This document shows, piece by piece, positions 25,701 to 36,600 of a DNA stretch of 64,000 bases. The stretch lies in NCBI GenBank assembly GCA_000708835.1, contig DF237097.1, positions 1-64,000 on the forward strand, written 5' to 3'. The notes under the pieces were generated by a model, which was given only the letters and a program-made list of their open reading frames with translations, was not told the origin of the DNA and searched no databases. The stretch's first letter is position 1, and every line of letters begins with the position of its first letter. A program made the translations under genes and the position numbers. Origin of the DNA: Klebsormidium nitens. Its lineage: Eukaryota; Plantae; Klebsormidiophyceae.

Positions 25701-27134
25701 GCGAGGACGAGATGGCGCGCACCGCACGCAACCTGCGGCGCACGCAGGCCGAGATGCGCGCGCTCGCGGGGAGCATGGCGAGCGGGAGCCTCGGCGGGCC
25801 CGAGGCCGTGGACGCGATCCTGGCCGGCCCGGGAAATCCGGCGGGGAACCCGGAAGGAGTACCCGTCCAGCGGCGGATGGTGCGCGTGGTGTGGCCGCAC
25901 GAGGGGCGGGAGGTGGAGCTGGCGGGGTCGTTCGATGGTTGGGAGGGGAAGGTTAGGGATGACCCGGTTTTGGAATGAACCTGTTGTGATGTTGCTTTTA
26001 CTGGTGCGCTTTTGCTGTTTGCCAGGCCGACGTGGGCTTCGCAGGCGAGATTCACACGAGGCTCTGAGCTGCACAGGCGTGTGACGTGTGCTGATGACGT
26101 CACAAGTCGTTGCTAAGATCTCGACAACTTCTGGCCATGACGCCACCGACTCTAAACTACAAACGGCAGCAAGTTTGTGCTCTGAATGTCACATCCTCGC
26201 TTACGGAACTGCCTTCTTTTCGCTCGCTCGTCAATGAACGTTCTGGACAGAACAACACGGCGCTTTTTCTTACGCATTGCGAGATCCGCTTATGTCTGTA
26301 CTTCTCTCTGCCGCCTTCTGGATATCTTGTCCCCCAGACTTCTTCACAGTCCGAAGAAGATCGCTCGCGAACATATGATATGCTGTCGGCCATACATTCC
26401 TTCGCCGGCAAAGCAGACTAAACGCGCGCAGCAACGTCCCCCATTGACTTGAAGCAGCCGACCGGTATTCATTACTTGCCCAAGAGCTGTCTAAAAGTCG
26501 GCTCCTCACGTCCGCCGTTTGCAGGTGAAGATGGAAATGTCGAACGCCGGAGTCCATATAGCCACGCTCAAGCTCCCCCCCGGACGATACGAGGTATGTA
26601 ACCCGGTGCTATACGCTATTGGCCTTCAAATTTAGCAACCCATCGATAGCGACGTCCAAAAAAATTCTCCACGTTCCGCTTTCCAAAGCCCGACCTAGTG
26701 ACTTCGTTATGTCTGAGATGAGTCGTTGAGCCTTTCGCAGCCACTCAATAGACTTTGCCATCTGGCTTGGTGTTGAGGGATGAGTCCGCGGCGCACGTAC
26801 TTAGAATCGCACTTTGGTGGTTGGGTCTGGGTCACCCTGAGTTCGTACTTCAGTCTTCTCTTCTTCGTAGATTCATGGCCGCTTGGTAACTGGCAGTGGA
26901 ACCACCACAGTCGGCTGCAAAAATGCAGGCGTTTCTTTTTCGATGTTGGGATTGGTTCGCGCAACCACCGTGCTTCTTTGCTCATGCGGACAACCTCAAA
27001 TGCAATGTCGCCCCTCTAACGTGCACGTGTCTTTGCAGATCAAGTTCATCGTCGACGGCGTTTGGAGAGTTGACGCGCAACGCCTCATCACTTACGAAGA
27101 TAACAACGAGAATAATGTACTGCAGGTAGTCTGA
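19759..27134 (+). CDS. PTST2: PROTEIN TARGETING TO STARCH 2 / FLO6-like CBM48 protein, 1012 aa; exons 19759-21548, 22005-22251, 22569-22890, 23344-23515, 24202-24271, 25679-25951, 26525-26593, 27039-27134
   Basis: Phases are consistent (3039 nt). Transit-peptide-like N-terminus; PTST2-type motif EIFQFMETSGRPDVFPSKQDLIDAGRLDL..LVQKRGGWLAVGW; coiled coil (VSDSLEFREDEMARTARNLRRT); C-terminal CBM48 (VVWPHEGREVELAGSFDGWE...LKLPPGRYEIKFIVDGVWRVD...NENNVL). Confidence 0.85.
25071..25572 (+). repeat. Three intronic copies of the PTST2 exon-6 acceptor junction
   Basis: GTGAGCGACTCGC starts at 25078, 25221, 25535 and at the real exon start 25679. 25521-25572 is a perfect 52-bp copy of 25665-25716. Confidence 0.9.
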
Positions 27135-28379
27135 GGCGAGTGTCAATGACAATTGGTTCGGGTCTAGTGAGGCAATCTTTGGTAAGTAGCAACCGTCGAT
27201 TGGGCCATTTACTTTGTCCTCACCAGATTTAGCCGAATGCATGAGCTTCACTGAAGGACGACATGTCCCGCTGTTTGCTATCAAGTGCTTTGAAAGCGCA
27301 AGCAGAATATGAAAGGAAGCTCGCCTATGATATGTAGATTCTTTGGATTTGCATTGTCAACCATGATGTATCACCAGCATATGATTTGTGAAGCGAGTAT
27401 TGCATGTGACATCCCTGCCCGTGCACCGATAACGATACCAATGTAACTTAACGACAAAAAAGGGGTGTTCTTTTTTAGAAATGCCACAGCCATGGCCAAA
27501 TGCACATAGGCCATCCTCTTCTGAGGCAGACGTGCATGCATGGGAATAATGTTCCCAAACCGATGCTCATTGATCCAATGAGCATGCATGGCATAGCAAG
27601 GAACCCCCTTTGCATCGACTCTGGCCGTGGGTGGTTGGTTCGTTCGCCTGTTGTGGAATTGTCAGTATGTATTTTTCTTTGCAAGTACTATGGTAGGTGT
27701 GAAATGGCGAGTCGATATATGGCAATCGCTTATACAATCATGTACTAATCTTCTGTTCTTTCATTAAAGGACCTAGTTCCAGAGATGTGTTGTAAATCCT
27801 TCCGGTATGTATGCATTTATGCTTTTTGACTCATAGGCATCTCAAAAGTTCAATCAGTTAGCTCCTCAATCAGTTTGCTCCTCGACCCTAGCATGCGCAG
27901 CATACGTTGCATGCTACATTTCAATACGCTCACTCATAATAGCCCTTTAGCTTTTACGAAACTAATCCAGTGGGAGTCTAAAGACAATTTATTTCCTCAG
28001 CCAGAAGAAATGTCACTTGAAAGAGGTGAATTACTGCATGTTCTTCTGCACCGAGGCGGGGTGCGCCGCCGGATCGAGCAATGCGCGTTGCGGCACGACG
28101 AGAAGCATTGAGTTGGTTTAAAAAAGATAAATTCAGGGAAATAAATTGCAAACATGATATTATCTGTTCAGCTTTGACGGTGCGCAAGAAGCCGGCAGAA
28201 GCCCTTCAGAAGCCTCGGATGGGCCCTGGACGGGCCTTGGACGCCCAAAACCTCTAACAACAATGGCTGGCGCCGGAGGCATCATTTTGAAATGTGCGGA
28301 TATCAAATTCTCGCACTTAGGACTCGAGCCATCTTTTTATCTTTCTCATAATATTGATCGACAGCAAAGCCCCCTGCAG

Positions 28380-30060
28380 CTAGCTACCACTAACTTACCA
28401 CTAAGCTGTACCGTGACTGTCTCGGTCTGTAAGAGATTGTAACGCTAATAAAACTCTCGTAACGTCAACAGAATCCAGATTCGACGATACGTCCGTCCAA
28501 CACGGAGAAGACGTTACACTGCACGTACAAACATACGTGATAGGTACCTGACACACTCCGGGCATCCGCTGGACCGGGACGTCGAGCCTCCGACCGGCCT
28601 GTTTAGGGAGCGGACAAAATAGGTACCTACGACTCCACTTTCTTATACCTATACGAAACCCACCCCGCTGAATGAATCTGCCAGTGCGAAGTCCCCACTC
28701 CCCAGTGCCCTAGAGGCTGGGGCCACGCCGCACCCACATGCGAGTACGCCGTACGGTACCTGGGTATGGTTAGTCAAGAGAGGCCGTCGAGTCCTCGGAG
28801 GACGTCGTCACGAAACCGCACCCCGGCCTACGCTGTCAATTCGTCTCAACAAGATACTGACCACGTGAATCCGACCACGAATTCAATTTAACACGAGTTT
28901 AAAATGTCCTACCGGGTACTAGTGATGGAACTCCGGGCCGGGGATCAGTTCACCAGGCTGGACCGTACAGTTCAGATTGCGAACTGTACACTTCAGTTAG
29001 GAGAGTACCCGTACCTACCTCACGCGATGCGCTGACACCACCTGATCTATCGGCCGCATCAGGATAGGTATCGGAGGACCGAAATCAACGCACGTGCCTG
29101 GGCCGGGCTGATTGAGCGAATTAATTGCAGAGAATAAACGTTCCGACTCCCGGTAAAAGCTATTACCTAGTACTGCTAGTCCAGACTCCGTAGCAGTCGC
29201 TTTGCCGCCAACATCCATAACCATAAACTTTAATATTAATATGGATCTAATAGTAATAACGAAGAGGAATCCTCTGGTTAACCAACACTAAAACCCTAAG
29301 CACTAAATGACTCGCTCCGTCCAGGTCCAGGCCCAGATTTGCCCGGGGGCGCCTCTGCGCCCCGGCCCTCCGCCCGAGAGCGCAGGATAATTCCCGAGGG
29401 GCGCTCCGCACGCCCCGCGCCCGCACCTCTGGTACATAGGTACGACCAAACTCAAGTAAACATGTCGCAATGGTCTCATGTCGCAATTGGAGGCCGGAAA
29501 TCGTGTCGCAGCGAACGTACCGAGACTTATGATTTCACAAGAGCCAGAATTTAGAAAGCGGCAAGCCCGAGTGGTTTCGACTACCGGTAGGTACCTATCC
29601 AGCAGCCGGGTAACCGGGCGGGGTGTACCGTGTGCCACTCCCTTGCCTCCTAAGGGGCTTGTCTCATAAGGTTCACAACCGGGAGACGGGAAAGGTTAGC
29701 TTGGTGGTTAGGGTGGGTAGGGGTGCGGAGCGCGTAAGAGTTTGGGTTAGGGTTTTGAGTTGAGATGCCCGGCGCTGTGAAGCTAAAGAGACAAGCCCCT
29801 TAGGAGACAAGGGAGTTGCCAGTACCCCGGCCGTAGTGACAAGGCTAGGGCCTAAAACTGATGCGCAAAACCCGGTACGTATAGGTATTATCCATTGATC
29901 AGCATACCGTACTGGCAGGCTGAAAGCCTGAAACCTGGGGACTTGCATGAGTGATACCGTATCCCGGGCCGGGGCCCGACCGCCCGGGTCTGGTTGGCGA
30001 TACCGGTACCTACTACCTAGGTACCTGCAGTATTGTCAGGCTAGACCCCAAAGTTAGTAA
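28380..30060. mobile_element. TpA-rich, GGTACC-rich intergenic island; probable decayed or nested transposon DNA
   Basis: Six GGTACCT sites, two of them within TAGGTACCTA palindromes. TA dinucleotides are visibly enriched, there is no convincing ORF, and it contains a TIR element. Boundaries are approximate. Confidence 0.4.
29637..29816. mobile_element. 180-bp TIR element (MITE family B) with 4-bp target duplication
   Basis: 29-bp TIR ACTCCCTTGCCTCCTAAGGGGCTTGTCTC (29637-29665) vs GAGACAAGCCCCTTAGGAGACAAGGGAGT (29788-29816), one mismatch. TGCC lies on both sides (29633-29636, 29817-29820). Confidence 0.75.
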
Positions 30061-30605
30061 GAGGCAAATTTCATAGTTGTCCCGAGTCCAGCGTGACGCG
30101 TTAGCGGCGTCACGGTTGATCGACAGTTTCAACTTTTCAACGTCAGTGCTGCTGCAGTGTCATTGGAATGATGCCGCTACGTAGTTGGTTGTGTTGACAC
30201 CAGACATGAATCGGTCACCTGACACCCATGTGAATCTAAGATTCAGAAAGCATGATGTGGACATCGTCACATGATCACCTCATGCAAACTTTGCTGAGTT
30301 GCTGAGTTTGCATGAGGAAGCAGCTGAGCTCGCTGCTCCACTGGTTTTGCAGGGGTACCATGTTTCAGTTTCAATACTCGGTGCTCGCAGCTATTAGTAT
30401 GTAGGTAGTGAGCAACCTTCGATATGTGAATACGTGCTGATCGACCTTTACCGTGCCATGGTTTCACCTCAAAGGGGCCTTCCTCAACCTGCCAAAAGTA
30501 CATGGAAAACTCGTTGGATAGATAGAGGATCTGTTCGGTCCCGTGCACAAGCTTCTTCGCGGTCTCATTTCATCTGTTGGAGGCCGCCATTTTGATGGTG
30601 ATGCC

Positions 30606-33600
30606 ATGGAGCAACCGTCTGAGCTGTCACAGCTTCCGGGGGAGCTTCTTCTGAAGGCAAGTGCTCCTGTTCTACTCATGTTGAATGCTTCATTCTCCGG
30701 CTTGCATGTTGACTTGCCGTTGCGAGTTGCACAATTAAAGCACCTTCACCCTTGCGCAAGCATGCCAAATTGCCAGGCAGAATGGAGCCAACTTATCACA
30801 TCTTTGGTGGCACTCTGAGAGCAGCGATATCTGTGATGTGGATTGCCAACTCACTCAAAGTCGCATTAGCTGGCAGCTTTAGGGTGGGATCGTAGTGCCT
30901 GAATCATGCAAAGTATATCTTTTGCTTCGATCACATATCAATTTGAAAAACATGAAAGACTGTGAAATGATTTCTTTCATTCACTGTAAGAAATGACTGG
31001 CATTTCATATCTGTATGAAACGCTCTTCATGACTGGCATGAGGAGCTCGTGACTGGCACATTGCTTTTTGTAAGATATGACCACAGTACAGGACTTGGAC
31101 CTGCCAAGAACTCTAGTGTTGGTTGGTCTGGTAGAGATTCAAATCCTCAAGGACTTTTGGCCGACGCCATTTAGCACCTTCGTTGATTCCTGGTGCAGGT
31201 TTGTTTAATAGAGCTGGCTAAAGACTTGTTTAAGATATCAGGATATAATCTGAAACTGGCTCCTATTGTGAGCCCTGGCGCCTAAAATCTCCACGAGTTC
31301 TCAGAGGAGGTTATGCAGTGTCAAGGGAACCTCTCAAGGGAGTCACATCAATTCAAAAGGGCATTGGACGAAGCTCTTTTGCATAATGAGGGATCCCTCC
31401 CCCCCAGAATGTGGCAAGGTCAACACAAAAGAGGCTGTGGTATAAGTTTCGCTGTCCCGGTGCTTCTAATTGGTTGTCTTCGTGAGCATTGTCTGACTTG
31501 CCAGTGTCGAACTCCAAGACTTCTTGAAGTTCAGGTCATTGCCAAGTCCTTGAGCCTCTGATTTGGCTTGCATTGAGATTGGCCTCCAAACTGACCTGAA
31601 GCCTAAGGTTGACCTAGCCACCCTGTGGCTGCCTTGCAGATATTCCAAGGGCTGGGACTGCACGACTTGCTGACTGTATCTCAGGTCTGCAAGGCCTGGC
31701 ACTTGTTAAGCTCCTCAGACTTACTCTGGCGGCCTGTGTGCTCTCAAACCTGGGCCCTGTGGGACACTCGCTTCCCAGACCCTGCCAGCCACTCTGAAAC
31801 AGCAGGTAAGCTTAGCAGGACCCCTTGGTTGAAATTGCAGGTCTTACCCTCTGTCCTGGGGTTCTGGAACTCGTTTGCTGCTATTCACTTGTATGACCTT
31901 AACAGAGGCTGCAATGATTCAATCGTGATGCCACTGACAGTCCCCAAACCTCGCACCAACTCCCAACTCAACTCCTATGATATGCTGTCCTCTAGCAGGC
32001 ACATTTCCTGAATGTCTAGGACCGGATGTGTCAGGAACGTCAGAAGCCTTTAACGTTAACAAACCAATCAATGATTCAGATTAACGCATCAACTGCTGTT
32101 GGTTGCTCTCACAGGCGAGGCTTCCCGTGTATGGAGTCGCGTCTGTCAGGATCGGTGGAAGCTGGACGTGGAATGTCGTCACCTTGTTTCCGAGATGTGC
32201 TGGCCGCTCCGGCAGGCAACCGCTTTGCGCCGCCTCGTCGAGCTGAACGTTTTAATCCTAGAAGTGAGGCCTGTCTTTCCTTCCCCCTTAGGTAACTATG
32301 CTTTCAACCTCCTTGTCCAGCTTTCCTCATTCCCTGCTTTTTGGTCAGGTTTACGTTGTTTTCAGCACAATGCACGCAACTACTGGAAGTGAGCTGCGTG
32401 TTCTTCCCCCATGGACCAACATTTGATTACAAGGCAAAGGCGATTGTCGAGGAAGGGTGGGGTCTCTCCTCCATGATGTTGTGTGGGGGTAACTTGAGGG
32501 GTCAATCTAACCAAAAACTCAGGAAGTACTGGCATCAGTCAAGGGCATAGCAGCAACTTGGGCAGGGCAACTTGAGCAAAGTTATCAGTGAATGATGCCG
32601 TATGTTAGTATTGTGATCGCTGGAGTCACCGTCAGCTGGTTAGCCTTCCCTCTAAATTCACATTGGCACTCTGCGTGCCAGAAGGCCCCTGGCATCCCAA
32701 CCATAGCATACCAATTTCTGGTGGCGCAATATCTTACCCAGTTCTCATTTCTTTCGAGAACTGCTTTCAAGCCCCAGATGATTCCAAGACTTCTTTCGAG
32801 AACTGCTTTCAAGCCCCAGATGATTCCAAGACTTGAATTGACAACGCCAATCTTGCAACAGGTTGCGCAATTCTGTCAGTATGAGTGCCTCTGCAAAAGT
32901 TCTTTCAAATGTTTAGACTTATGGTTGAAAGAATCCTCATCTCGTTCGGTGGGCCATTTTCTGCAGAGGCCTGACACCAATCTTCATCTGAATCATTCAG
33001 AAAGTGTAGAAATATACCTAGCATTTCATTACCGGCCAAGCTTGAAGGTCTTCTGGGAAAAAATCCTGAACAGTCAAACCAACTTGAAAGGTAAGAGAGT
33101 CTTGTCTTTCATTCTCATTCCAGTGTCGCCAAAGGTGCAGCATCTGGCAGGTGTTTGAGACCTCTTGGAAATTGGTGAAGCTCAACCTAGAGGATTCAAA
33201 GTCCATAAACAGCATTGGTAGTAAAAAAAGTTTCTCAAATGATCGTTTTCCTTGGTTCGTCAGGAGGTACAAAGGCTGGCCAATCGCTCAGAACCCTTGC
33301 AAGCTGGCACCCGCTACTTTGCTCGGGAGGCGCTCCAGCGGCTCCAAAATCATTTGACGGTCCAAGAGATGAGTAGCTTAGTGGCGCTCCCTGCAAACCA
33401 GGTTCGTTAGAAGGCCGTCGTGGTCGCCATGAATTGAAGACTCGACTTTGTGGTCTGTGCGTACACCTACATCAGTGGTTCACACATGCACCCATCTTTC
33501 TGACGTCAACATTTGGGACGTGTCTTGCTTTTGATTGAAGTTTCCACCTACCTTGGCAGCGGTTAACACAGGATGTTAGAATCGTGCTTTTCCTCAGTCC

Positions 33601-36600
33601 GTTTGACCTTTTTGTCTGGCTCCCCTAGCTACTTCGGCCGAAACCATCTGGTTTCGGAGCTTAACCCTCCCATCATCTTGACCTCCTTGGTCAGATACTT
33701 AAGCTGCTCAAAGGGACACAAAATTGAAAGCCAATTCCTGAAAACGCCTCTATTACAGCTTCCTTGACTTAATTTGAAGTGCCTGAGCTGACATCGCTCT
33801 CCTTTCCGCAGCTGGACCAGCATCTGTTTCGAGGAGCTTGCTTGATTGCAAAGCTGAGGTGAGGTTGATCAGGATGACGATCCTCATGCTGCCTGGCTTT
33901 TCCACACAGCAGTTTTGACTGATCCATGCAAAGTATTCCAGAGCGGAAGTGTTGCAACACCATGCAACGTGTCATGCAACGTGTGGGGAAAGTTAGCCGA
34001 CCTGTACTGTCTTCTCGTCTGCAGAGAATCGGCTTTGGTCTAGTAAAAGGAACCCTGATGTCGGAGCTTTTCTTGACGCACTGCAAGAGCCTTGGTCGAC
34101 TATCGTGGAATGATCTTGTTTTCGACTAAACGGCTGCTACCCTGAGCAACCTTGAGGCCCGAGTCCGCCTATATCATCGTTCCGCGCCTGTGCATATGTG
34201 GACCACTGAGGCCGCCCCATTTCTTGCAATATCCTGGGGTTTACCATGGACCTTCTGTGGAGAACGTTCCTGGGGAGGATTGACGGCAACATTCACCTTT
34301 GGAACGGGCATTTGTGCAATCTGGCGACTTACAGGAAAGTCCTTTGACAGGACACTCAACGAGAACGTCACCTCTTGAAGGTTTGTTGTGTCAAATCAGG
34401 TCGTGTCCCTTCAGATATCCCGAGATTGATGTGGCGCAGCTGGAGGCTCACGTGGATTCCGTAGCTTCAGTTGTCAGAGCGCGCATCCGTCGGGACGTTG
34501 AGTGAGCAGCAACCGCGTCGAACCTGGTGCCTTACAGAATTTGCCACAGATGTTCTTTGACGAATCAACGGACCAAGGTTTGAGAAACCTAAGGTCAATA
34601 GCTCTTTAAGACTCTATGAAGAAGCAGGTCTGGTTTTCAGCATCAGTCTTCAGTTGTCGGAGGGGGCGTGCTTAGGTTTAATCCGCCTGGTGTGCCTGTG
34701 TTTGCCCAGCCTGCTTCACAATGTGGCAGATCCTCGTTTTTGTGACGACCCCGGACTCAGGCGGTCTGTCACCAATTTGGGGAATCAACATCCGGCTCCT
34801 CACCTACGAAAGACGTTTTGCTTCTTTAAGACCTCTGAAAATTGGTTGCTCGATTTGTGGCTCGATTTCCGAAACCGCTGCTTAAGTTCAAGGAGGAATG
34901 CGTGGCAAATCAGCCCGTTACGGCATGTAACGAGGCCATAACTCAAGCTCGATTGCCGTTGCTCAACGTTCTTGAAAGGGTGCTTTTCTCGACCGAACCT
35001 GTAAACCGGCTCGTTTTGCAGGGGTACCTCGGTCCAGTAGGTACCCAAACCCGAAACGGTCTTCCAAAAATACTCGAACATATCAAGCCTCCATAGAGTA
35101 TATGTCGAAGCTCAAAAGAGTTGACAACCGCCCCTTTTGCAGGGTGACCCGGTGCGGGGGGCCTGCCACCCAAAGGGGGGCTCTAGCCGCGGTGCAGATT
35201 TTGAATGAGGCGCTGTTCGGTACGCCAGACGAGAACGCGGTTTCCGACGACGGGTTCTCGGGGCTCCAGCTGACTGGGAACACTCAGGAGTACTATGTGC
35301 CCGAGAACTCGTTTCTCAACAAGGTGCTGGAGGGGCGAAAGGGCATCCCGATTACGTGAGTGGGGCGGCCAACCATTATGACTTTCTCAAAGTTGATCCA
35401 TAACCTGTTCGCAATCATGCGGACTTGGAACTTCCTGAGCCTGCACCATCTTCTCGTAATCCTTGATTTTCAACCGCATACCTATGCTACTTTCAAGCAC
35501 CTTGCAGTCTACCTGATATGCGTCCAGGAGAATGCTGCATAGGGAGGTGGGGGGCTTTCTACCCCAGACGCGGTATAATCGCCCTCGTCGTGCGTTTCCG
35601 GGACTCTCTCTTGTGCGCTTCCTTGTTCGGAGTCTCCTGCCCTTTGTCAAAGATCCTGCTTTCCCGAGGTCGCAGGCTTGCCATCATCTATGCCACCATC
35701 GGACGGCTGAGCGGCATCCACGTGGACTGCATCGGGATACCGGCACACTTCCTTGTCCGGGTCGGATCCGAAGGGTCCCCCGAGGAGCGCTTCATCGACT
35801 GCTTCCATGGAGGCAGACTACTCACACGAGACGACGTTGCGCAACTGCTGCGGTGAGTCCCATGTCGCAGGCAGGAATGGTCACTCTTTGGTTCTGCTTT
35901 TCCTGCCGGTTCGAGTATTTCAGGGTGTTGACAAGTTTCGCGGAAAAATCCAGAGAACCGTCTGCCCAATGCTCTGGGGGCTTTGATGTCCTTTAAATGT
36001 TGGGTTTGCTTCGCATTCCCGGTTTTGGGTTCTGTCTTCTGATGTCCAAGTTTTGGGTTCGTCTCCAGATGTTCAAAGGGCCCTCAGAGCATTCTGCATC
36101 AAGACATCGACGACCCTTGTTCTCTTGGATTCCAAACATACCCTCTAGAATCTTGCATCCAACCCGGCAACACCTCAAGCTACAGCTGAGCTTGACAGAC
36201 GAGCTCGATCTTGTCACTCTCGTGCAGGTCGATGGGGGTAGCTTATCAACGGGAACTCCTTCGGCCGGCTGCAGCTGTGAGCGTGTGGGCGCGCATGTGC
36301 AACAATCTCGTGGAGGCGTATCGACGGGTAAGCCCTTTCGGTCGGTCGAGATCCCCCAGACAAAGAAGACGCCTTTTAGATTCGTGTAGAGACGATCGCC
36401 GCCTCTATTCTGGATAGTCTGCAAAGCGATGGGGTAGGTTCAGATTACATCTAGGTTGAGTAGAGTGTTTGAATGCTGCAGGAATGGAGAATACTAGGGC
36501 ACTTAAGTTTGTCTCGGAACTTCGTCTCGGAACTTCTGACATTCCTATCAAAATGAGATACTTTGAAAAGAATCCGACGAAAACAAAATATATTTAGATT

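Noticed and set aside
30092-30114. 8-bp GC hairpin as a Helitron 3' end
   Set aside because: No CTRR terminus at the expected distance on either strand.
28464-30198. GTCAACA … TGTTGAC as LTR edges around the island
   Set aside because: The flanks share no direct repeat, and there is no primer-binding site or polypurine tract.
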